Shown piece after piece: positions 43,327-49,793 of a stretch of 49,793 nucleotides of DNA; position 1 is the first letter of the stretch, and each line of letters begins with the position of its first letter. The notes beneath the pieces are model-generated. The model did no database searches. It was not told where the DNA came from and saw only the letters and a program-made list of their open reading frames with translations. Source of the DNA: a virus (lineage: Duplodnaviria > Caudoviricetes); IMG/VR virus record IMGVR_UViG_3300031820_000005, positions 1-49,793 of that record. One strand, 5' to 3'. The position numbers were made by a program, and so were the translations under genes.

Positions 43327-45149
43327 TGCTGCCCCATCACGGCCTGGAGAGCGTTCTTGCCGCCACCGATGTCGGCCCCAGCCAGATTCTTCGCCCCTTG
43401 AGCGGCCGCCATTGCGTTCTGCATCTGCTGTTGTTGCTGGGCCTGCTTCTGGCGCTGGGCCCTGATCTGGACCAGCTCCGCGGGTAGCCGGATGATGTCT
43501 GGGTCGACGCCAAAGCCAATGGCGAGCTTGGCCACCGCCTTGTCGATGTCGATGTTGTCCATGACCTGTGGGTCTTCGCCCATGATTGAGCCCAGGGTCT
43601 GTAGCATCCGCTCGATGCCCCCCGCCTTGTTGGCGCGAATGGCCTCGTGGAGCATTGAGTCGAACATCACCTCAACGGGCTGGCCCTGGATTGAGGCCGG
43701 GGCGGGCGGGAAGAGGCCGGCTCGCATTGCGATGTTGTAGACACGGGTCACCGCGGGCATTAGGAATTCTTTGTCGAACCGGGTCAGGACCTCCCCGATC
43801 AAGACCATCTGCTCGCCCCTTCGGGCGTCGATTTCGGTGGCCGAGATGTTGCTCTTGGGCTCGAACTGGGAGATCATCTTCATCAGGCCAGTGAAGAAGA
43901 TGTCTTTGATCCGGGCTCGGACCTCGGCTAGGTCTTCGACCATGCCCCTGATGTCGGGCATCACCGTGTAGACGGGGGCCATGCCCACGCCTTTGCCCGC
44001 TGACATCCCCACTACGTAGGTGATGCCCCCTGGGAGGAGCGAAGCGGGTTGGTTCTTCAGCTGGGCATCGGCAACGAGGGGCGGGTTGACCTGCTTGTCA
44101 ATCCCTTGGGCCTTTCGCCTAGACTCCTGCTGGAGTTGCTTAACATCCGTAAGAGAGTCCATGCCCGGGCCACGACCGTAGGCGTCGTTAGATACAGTAC
44201 TCCACCGTGGACAACCTCCTGGAAATTCATGAAATCCTTGCTGGCGCAGGATGAACTGTTGACCTTGGCCCCACTCCCAATAGACTTCTCTCCACTTGAA
44301 ATGCCGTGGCACTGAATAGCCACGGCGATCGTCATTGGGCTCAATCGCATGGGCGATCAACTTCTCCCGATGGAGCGAGCCCTGGCCCGTGTCGTAGAGG
44401 CCCTGAACGCTTGGTGAGCAATTGTCGTAGCCGAACTCCTCAACGATCTGTTTGATTGTGAGAACGAACTCTCGGTAGACCGTGTCGACTTCGTAGTTGG
44501 AATTAACCGCGAAGTAGAACTCGCCGAGGCACGGGTTGACACAGGTGATGACGTTCTCGTAGTCTTCATAGATCAGGCAGCAGGCGCTGCCGAAGATCAC
44601 GATGTCGAAGTAGACGGTGGCGCAGCTAGTGTAGAAGTTGCTCTGGCTGAAGATCAGCATCAGGATGCGGATGACTTCAGCGAGCCAGCGGCCTTCTTCG
44701 GTGGGCGTGTCGTTGTTGTGGTAGCCGACCTTCATCTTGAGCCACTGGCGGGTCGGGTTGGTGATCCCGCCGTGGAGGCCAGCGCTAAGGTCCCGGGCCG
44801 CGATGGTGCCGGTGGAGTCGATGATGTGCTGGTTGATCGGGGAGCCGCGAGTGGCCTGGTTGGGGGTAATGAGCCACTTGTATCGGCGGGGGAGGAGGAA
44901 GTCCGCGAGTTCGCGCCAGTGGACCCACCAAGAGTAGCGGTCGGTCCGCAAGCCCATCAGGCGGCCGTCGGTGTGCCTGCGGAGTTCCACATTTCGAGGG
45001 TCGCCAAGGTTCCTCGGGCGCTTGCGAACCTGGGCTTCAGTCACCCTTCGGCCCTGCCGGAACTCTGGCCCAGAGATCTTAGGGGCGCCGCTCTTTCGAG
45101 TGGGTGAGGGTTGGGCCCCGAACTGTTGGGCGGCAGGACTTGAGGGCAT
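43323..45149 (-). CDS. Portal (head-tail connector) protein
   Basis: W...W.ELA.F.LP...DSTG...L.AG...G.T.P...W; PRW.....AYGRGP; SATE...R..E. Confidence 0.92.
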   Translation of the reverse strand: MPSSPAAQQFGAQPSPTRKSGAPKISGPEFRQGRRVTEAQVRKRPRNLGDPRNVELRRHTDGRLMGLRTDRYSWWVHWRELADFLLPRRYKWLITPNQATRGSPINQHIIDSTGTIAARDLSAGLHGGITNPTRQWLKMKVGYHNNDTPTEEGRWLAEVIRILMLIFSQSNFYTSCATVYFDIVIFGSACCLIYEDYENVITCVNPCLGEFYFAVNSNYEVDTVYREFVLTIKQIVEEFGYDNCSPSVQGLYDTGQGSLHREKLIAHAIEPNDDRRGYSVPRHFKWREVYWEWGQGQQFILRQQGFHEFPGGCPRWSTVSNDAYGRGPGMDSLTDVKQLQQESRRKAQGIDKQVNPPLVADAQLKNQPASLLPGGITYVVGMSAGKGVGMAPVYTVMPDIRGMVEDLAEVRARIKDIFFTGLMKMISQFEPKSNISATEIDARRGEQMVLIGEVLTRFDKEFLMPAVTRVYNIAMRAGLFPPAPASIQGQPVEVMFDSMLHEAIRANKAGGIERMLQTLGSIMGEDPQVMDNIDIDKAVAKLAIGFGVDPDIIRLPAELVQIRAQRQKQAQQQQQMQNAMAAAQGAKNLAGADIGGGKNALQAVMGQQ

Positions 45150-45484
45150 CAGCCGGCGACCTTAATGATGGACGAGGTGTCGACCGGAGCCGCGGCCTCA
45201 GAGGCCATCCAGCCGGCTTCAAGCTTTGTGGCGGCCACTCGAGTGGCGGTGGCCACAATCGCCTGGGCAGGCCCGGTGGGCACACAGAGCATCTCGGCAC
45301 AAGAACCAGTACGAGCCAAGCCCACGAACACCCCGGCCACGAGTTCGCCCCGCTCGACCATGGTCAGGACCTTGCGCAGGGCTCTCACTAGGCTGACATT
45401 GACTTCAGCCGCCTGAACGGTCTTGCCCAACTCAAGGGCCCGACGGACTTCTTCAATCGAGGTCTGGGTCATGTCATTGTCCAA
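45149..45484 (-). CDS. Hypothetical protein
   Basis: TGATG coupling to the portal gene. Confidence 0.6.
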   Translation of the reverse strand: MDNDMTQTSIEEVRRALELGKTVQAAEVNVSLVRALRKVLTMVERGELVAGVFVGLARTGSCAEMLCVPTGPAQAIVATATRVAATKLEAGWMASEAAAPVDTSSIIKVAG

Positions 45485-45674
45485 TCAGGGTCTTTTGGGA
45501 AGTGTTGGCCTTGCCTTGGGCGCCCATGCCCGAGGTCATGATCGTGCCCCCAAAGCCGCCCTGATTACGCGAAGCCGCCTGCTTGCCCGCCTGGGCGATT
45601 GAAGGGTCGGCGAACTGGGGCGGGTTCGCCGGGGGCGGGGGCATTTGTGGGGCCTGAGGGGTGCCGAAGCTCAT
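45474..45674 (-). CDS. Small virion protein upstream of portal
   Basis: Pro-rich N-terminus; G..GTI.TS..G...KTLIG ending typical of this position. Confidence 0.7.
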   Translation of the reverse strand: MSFGTPQAPQMPPPPANPPQFADPSIAQAGKQAASRNQGGFGGTIMTSGMGAQGKANTSQKTLIGQ

Positions 45675-45676
45675 GC

Positions 45677-46132
45677 TTAGATCCCCGGGCAGAAGTAGTT
45701 GACCTTGTTCGAGGAGGTCGCGGTCTGGACCAGGGTGATGGCGGTGACCGTGGTGGTCCAGTTCTGGGCGGCCAAGGGGGTGCCCTGCCAGACCACGAGG
45801 CAGCTAGGCACGGTCGGGTACGGGTTCGCGAAGGTGATCACGCAGCCGGTTGGAGTGCCGGTGCCCATGGTCACGGTCCCGGCCATGTCGGTGCCGACCA
45901 CTACAGGGGCGGTGCCGCAGGCGGTTAGGACTGGGGGCGGGGAGGTTCCGACCGGGAAGTGCAGGTGCTTGAAGGAGAAGTCGACCCCGATGAAGCCGGT
46001 TGGGTCTTGGGAGAGCTGAACCGACCGGGTGACCTGTTGGGCCCACGAGTCGGGCAAGACTAGCCGGCCCAAGAGCATGAGCATAAACACGGCAAGGACC
46101 AAGCAAAGGACGCGAAGGATTCTGGCAAGCAT
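45677..46132 (-). CDS. Signal-peptide-bearing beta-rich protein between terminase and portal
   Basis: ATG 46132 immediately after the TerL stop; MLARILRVLCLVLAVFMLMLLGRLVLPDSWA-QQ; four Cys in mature part. Confidence 0.7.
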   Translation of the reverse strand: MLARILRVLCLVLAVFMLMLLGRLVLPDSWAQQVTRSVQLSQDPTGFIGVDFSFKHLHFPVGTSPPPVLTACGTAPVVVGTDMAGTVTMGTGTPTGCVITFANPYPTVPSCLVVWQGTPLAAQNWTTTVTAITLVQTATSSNKVNYFCPGI

Positions 46133-46133
46133 C

Positions 46134-47699
46134 TCAGGCAGCCTCTCTATGGGCGAAGGGGTTGTAGTCCTGGCGGTAGCCCATCCGCTCAGGCGAGAAG
46201 GGGTTGTACTCGGACTCCACAAGGGGCTTGGAGCCGGGGAGGTCTTGCAGGGCCCGTGGGGCCGCTGGATAGGCGAAGGTGAGGACCAGGGCGTCGCCTC
46301 TGTCTGGAGAGGAGAGTCCTCGGTCCTTCATGTCTTCCTTGCGTTCGAGCTGGATTTCGTCCCGGATGTTGAACGCGTACATAGGGCCCACTAGCTGGGC
46401 CCGGAGCTCTGGGTCATCAGGAATGCAACCGCCCTTGAGCCACTCGCGGCAGGCGCCCCACATCTCGGCCCGCTTGTTGGCATAGCGGTTGCCTTGGTCG
46501 CCCTGGGCGGTGTAGTTGTCCGACTTCGAGCCGAACTGGACCCCGATCACGTTCATGCGCCGGTGGCGGAGCATGTCTACCACGCCGCCCCCGACCCCGC
46601 CCTCGTCAACGAAGATATCGCCGACGCCAAGGGTGGTGGCAATCTCGATGATCTTGCCGGTCAAGACAACAGTGTCGGCCCCACGGAGGAAGATCCATTG
46701 AATCGAGCGGGCGTCCCGGCCTCGGCGGATGCAGATGACGGACTCATCATCGCCGAAGCGGGCCACGTCAACGCCCATCACAATGGGCTCGATCATGCGG
46801 AAGGAGTTGCCGTTCGCGTCGTAGTCGGGCGGGAGTTCCCGAAGGGCGGCCTCGGCTACGACCTCGGCGCTGATGAACTCCGACATGCCAGTGCGTGGGA
46901 ACACGCCGCGTACGCGGACCCGGACGAAATCATCGTCCTCGCCATAGGCGCGGATCCACTTATCAATCTGTTTCTTGTTAGTGATGGAGACGGTGCGGGA
47001 GTCAACTTGGAAGCTATCCCAGTTCTGTGCATGCCGTTGGCCGGGGAAGCACTCTCTGAAGCGGCCAACGTTCCGGGTTGGGTTGCCAAAGACACACCAG
47101 ATGATCTCGGTGTCCACGTCCGTGAGGGCGCCTTCGGCCACTTCCCAAATCATGTCGGGAATGGCCGAGCCCTCGTCGAAGATCAGAAGGAGCCGCTTCC
47201 CTTCGTTGTGCAGGCCCTGAAAGGCCTCGGTGTTCCGCTCGGACCAGGGGACCATGTCGATCCGCCAGGTGCGTTCCCGTTCTCGATCCGAGCTGAAGAT
47301 GGCAGTGGCCGTGAGCCTGAACATGTCCTTGCAGCGGCACATGTTGTACCACTTGCCCAGCTCGGCCCAGGTTTTGGTCTTCAGCTGGTTCTCAGTGTTG
47401 GCGGTCACGACCCCACGGGTGTCTTCCTTGGTGGAGATCGCCCAGAGGATGAGCCAGGCCACTAGTGAGCTTTTGCCCACCCCATGGCCCGAGGCCACCG
47501 CGATTTGAATCGCCTCATCAACGGTCAGGAGCCCATCGCGAACCATGCCTAGAACTAGGGCCTGCCACTCCTCGGGCCCTAGAAACCGTTCCAGCGACGT
47601 ACCTTTTTCGCCCCAGGGGAACGCCCACAAGACCCAGGCAAGCGGATCCCCGCTCATCGAGGCGAGGTCAAGGTAGAGGTCGTGGCCCGTGGAGTTCAA
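46134..47699 (-). CDS. terL: Terminase large subunit
   Basis: SGHGVGKS (Walker A), LIFDEG, GNPTR, GVDVARFGDD, SPD.GDAL. Confidence 0.95.
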   Translation of the reverse strand: MNSTGHDLYLDLASMSGDPLAWVLWAFPWGEKGTSLERFLGPEEWQALVLGMVRDGLLTVDEAIQIAVASGHGVGKSSLVAWLILWAISTKEDTRGVVTANTENQLKTKTWAELGKWYNMCRCKDMFRLTATAIFSSDRERERTWRIDMVPWSERNTEAFQGLHNEGKRLLLIFDEGSAIPDMIWEVAEGALTDVDTEIIWCVFGNPTRNVGRFRECFPGQRHAQNWDSFQVDSRTVSITNKKQIDKWIRAYGEDDDFVRVRVRGVFPRTGMSEFISAEVVAEAALRELPPDYDANGNSFRMIEPIVMGVDVARFGDDESVICIRRGRDARSIQWIFLRGADTVVLTGKIIEIATTLGVGDIFVDEGGVGGGVVDMLRHRRMNVIGVQFGSKSDNYTAQGDQGNRYANKRAEMWGACREWLKGGCIPDDPELRAQLVGPMYAFNIRDEIQLERKEDMKDRGLSSPDRGDALVLTFAYPAAPRALQDLPGSKPLVESEYNPFSPERMGYRQDYNPFAHREAA

Positions 47700-47711
47700 G
47701 CGATGGGCTCC

Positions 47712-47930
47712 CTAAACCATTGGCTCGGTGAAAAAGTGGCCGTGGAACTCGCCCACGATTAGAGGAGGGCGGACCATTTCGTCGATAAGGTGGCAACGAA
47801 TGGCCCATGGAACTGACACGTCCCGAGCAACCTCCAAACGCTTCTCCCTAAGGGCAGTCTTGTCCCGTTTCAGGACCCGCCATCGACGCCAGAAGATCTT
47901 CCACTCCTTAGCCCTTGAACTTCTGCGCAT
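47712..47930 (-). CDS. Small basic hypothetical protein
   Basis: Fills the gap between terS and terL; GGAGG upstream. Confidence 0.5.
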   Translation of the reverse strand: MRRSSRAKEWKIFWRRWRVLKRDKTALREKRLEVARDVSVPWAIRCHLIDEMVRPPLIVGEFHGHFFTEPMV

Positions 47931-48549
47931 CGGGCGCCTCCAAAGTTGGCCGGCTGGCGTCGGTCAGAACTCGGCGCCCGAAGCCCTCGATCACTGGCGG
48001 TCCGGTGCGAGCCCCAGTGAGGGGATCAAGTCCGGCCCGTCGACGGGCCTCAGCCAATCGCTCTCCATGGACGTTGACGGTGACCTGGGTGTTAGGGCCT
48101 TTGGACCCAAGACCCACTGCGCCGCCAAAGGTGTCGTGTATCGCAAGGCGGTCCCTGAGGGGAATTGGTTCGATCTCTTCATGGTCAGCCGCTTCCAGGA
48201 GGTCCAGAGTTTGTCGGGCGTTGATGGCCACGACCCGGGAGATGATCCCTTTGGTGCCCTGCCAATCTTCTTCCACTTCCCCTCGGTACTGGGCCACCAA
48301 GTCCTGAAAGGCTGGGTCCCCAAGAATAACCGAGACATAGGTCTTGGAATATCCCGAGGCTTCTGCCGCGAGACTGGGCCTAATGCCCGAGGCGATCGCC
48401 CTGGCCAGCTCGTGATGAGACTCCCGAAGCCTCTGCAACCGTGGTGCCTGGGGCAAAAGCTTGGGCTGCCCGAGGGCCCGCAGGTCCTCAGGCGTCAGCT
48501 CGGCCACCACTTCGGCCCGACACTCCCGCTCCGGCCTTCCCGCGCCCAT
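47908..48549 (-). CDS. terS: Putative terminase small subunit (HTH)
   Basis: First late gene; HHELARAIASG....AAEASGYSKTYVSVIL.DPAF; GGAG RBS before ATG 48549. Confidence 0.65.
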   Translation of the reverse strand: MGAGRPERECRAEVVAELTPEDLRALGQPKLLPQAPRLQRLRESHHELARAIASGIRPSLAAEASGYSKTYVSVILGDPAFQDLVAQYRGEVEEDWQGTKGIISRVVAINARQTLDLLEAADHEEIEPIPLRDRLAIHDTFGGAVGLGSKGPNTQVTVNVHGERLAEARRRAGLDPLTGARTGPPVIEGFGRRVLTDASRPTLEAPDAQKFKG

Positions 48550-48577
48550 AGGGAGACACTCCAACGTTCACCCCTGA

Positions 48578-48606
48578 AGCCTAGCACATTCAAGAGCCAA
48601 AGTCAA
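48578..48606 (-). promoter_or_regulatory. Sigma70-type late-operon promoter
   Basis: Minus strand TTGACT, 17 bp, TAGGCT with TG extension; perfect palindrome GGTTCCGGAACC at 48612-48623 just upstream. Confidence 0.7.
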
Positions 48607-48639
48607 CCCAAGGTTCCGGAACCCTTCCCGACCTAAGGG

Positions 48640-48654
48640 GAACAAAACAAGAAC
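48640..48654. promoter_or_regulatory. Alphaproteobacterial-type LexA box
   Basis: GAAC-AAAACAA-GAAC, exact GAAC-N7-GAAC, in the divergent intergenic region. Confidence 0.65.
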
Positions 48655-48976
48655 ATCTGATTTTCAGTACCTTTCGTGGGGAGGGTCAGTGCCCGTCGAG
48701 GCCCCCGGCCGACTTTGGCCCCCCACCCCCTCGACCGGAAAAGCCGAGGGATGTGCTCGGTCCCCACGACCAGGGCATGGGCCATGCGCGAGGGGTGCGA
48801 CAACTTGTCGCAGGGGCCTGCCATAATTCCGCCACAATCATGTGGGATACTGTGACCATCGGACGGTCAGAGCGTCCTGGGCTGTTTGACATCGTGGGGC
48901 TGATACGCAGGGGGCGATCCCCCGTGAGACGTGTGTGGGACAACCCATGCGCGAACCCATTGATTGAGGCAATCCA

Positions 48977-49537
48977 ATGTTCACGATCACGATCAATGAC
49001 AAGAAGCGCGGCAATTCGAAGATCGAAGTCGACTTTGACGCGCTGCCTGAGAATGTTCGCCAAGAGGTTGTGAGGCAGGGACTGGCAAAGATGCTGAATT
49101 GCAAGTCCAGCAAGCTGAGCAACCGCGAGGCGGCCGAGCGCAAGCATGAGGCCATGAAGGCCGGCAAAGTGCGGGCGACTGCGGCGAGCCAGGACGGGTT
49201 CACTGGCAAGGAAAAGACCGAGGCCATGCGGCTCGCTCGCCAGGCAGTGAAAGCCGGGATGAAAGAGCAGGGCTATAATGTCAGCGATTACGCCGCAAGC
49301 GTGATTACTGAGATGGCTAAGGAATATCTCGGGGATTATCCTGAGGTGTTCGAGCAGGCCCGGAGGAATGTCGAGGCAGCGGCCGCACTGGCGCCGAAGG
49401 CCAAGATCACTGCCGAGCCCGATCCGGCGAAGGTTGCGAAGCGGGAAGCGGCCAAGAAAGAGAAAAAGACCGAGGCGAAGCCCCCAAAGGGCAAGCGAAC
49501 GGTCAAGGCCAAGCCCGCGGTTCATGTTCAAGCCTGA
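48977..49537 (+). CDS. Hypothetical protein with Lys/Ala/Pro-rich histone-like tail
   Basis: GAGG RBS; own terminator; AKKEKKTEAKPPKGKRTVKAK. Confidence 0.75.
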   Translation: MFTITINDKKRGNSKIEVDFDALPENVRQEVVRQGLAKMLNCKSSKLSNREAAERKHEAMKAGKVRATAASQDGFTGKEKTEAMRLARQAVKAGMKEQGYNVSDYAASVITEMAKEYLGDYPEVFEQARRNVEAAAALAPKAKITAEPDPAKVAKREAAKKEKKTEAKPPKGKRTVKAKPAVHVQA

Positions 49538-49553
49538 AGAAAAGCCTCCAACT

Positions 49554-49579
49554 GGCCCCGCAAGGGGCCTTTTTTTTTT
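49554..49579 (+). terminator. Rho-independent terminator
   Basis: GGCCCC-GCAA-GGGGCC followed by T10. Confidence 0.92.
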
Positions 49580-49666
49580 ATTCCAAAGCCCACGAACCAC
49601 GATTGTGAAATAATTTAAAAAAGCGTCATAATCACACTCCAGATTTAATCCCCTCACTAACTGAGG

Positions 49667-49793
49667 TGTTCCCCTTTTGTCCCATGACCATTAGACTCGA
49701 TTAGACCCGATTGGACCCGATTGGTCTATTAGACCAACCCAGGCATTTTATTTAAGGGGGTGATGACTAGGTTTTTTTTTTTTTTTTTTTTTT
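49667..49793. repeat. Terminal direct repeat (copy 2)
   Basis: Identical to 1-127. Confidence 0.9.

Noticed and set aside
420-49537. Stop-codon reassignment, tRNA genes, integrase, phage RNA polymerase
   Set aside because: Core genes read intact in the standard code with all three stops used; no tRNA cloverleaf, recombinase or RNAP motifs were found by eye.
41382-49657. Long antisense ORFs (41382-42368, 46494-47465, 47728-48636, 48686-49657; also 26428-27456)
   Set aside because: They lie opposite well-supported genes, lack motifs, and are expected shadows of GC-rich codon usage.
49667-49793. Biological terminal repeat of T7 type
   Set aside because: The length of exactly 127 nt and the break at a homopolymer fit an assembler overlap; physical ends cannot be inferred without reads.

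Overview
The window is a complete, circularly assembled dsDNA tailed-phage genome of about 49,666 bp unique sequence; bases 1-127 recur exactly at 49667-49793. The + strand (420-18418) carries many small early genes. It then carries a replication/recombination module: SF1 helicase, GIY-YIG nuclease, Cas4-like exonuclease, Sak4-like ATPase, SSB, a UDG-fused family A DNA polymerase split in two by an HD-domain gene, and a DUF3987-like P-loop ATPase. A RyR-like/Tad2-like/Acb2-like anti-defence cassette sits inside this module. The - strand (18402-48549) carries a podovirus late operon: TerS, TerL, portal, scaffold, BPP-1-like capsid and cement proteins, tail tubular proteins, fibre, tailspike, internal virion proteins and a GH108 lysis cassette. 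I see no integrase, RNA polymerase, primase, tRNA, CRISPR array or reverse transcriptase. GAAC-N7-GAAC LexA-type boxes suggest an alphaproteobacterial host (inference). The most unusual signal is that six late-operon genes, including the tailspike, begin with Sec-type signal peptides; five have Gln at the predicted +1 position and mostly paired cysteines. Other notable items are the split polymerase with atypical active-site residues, a pseudoknotted intergenic RNA candidate, and an iteron-built inverted repeat around a T22 tract. All family calls come from motif recognition by eye, not from database searches.
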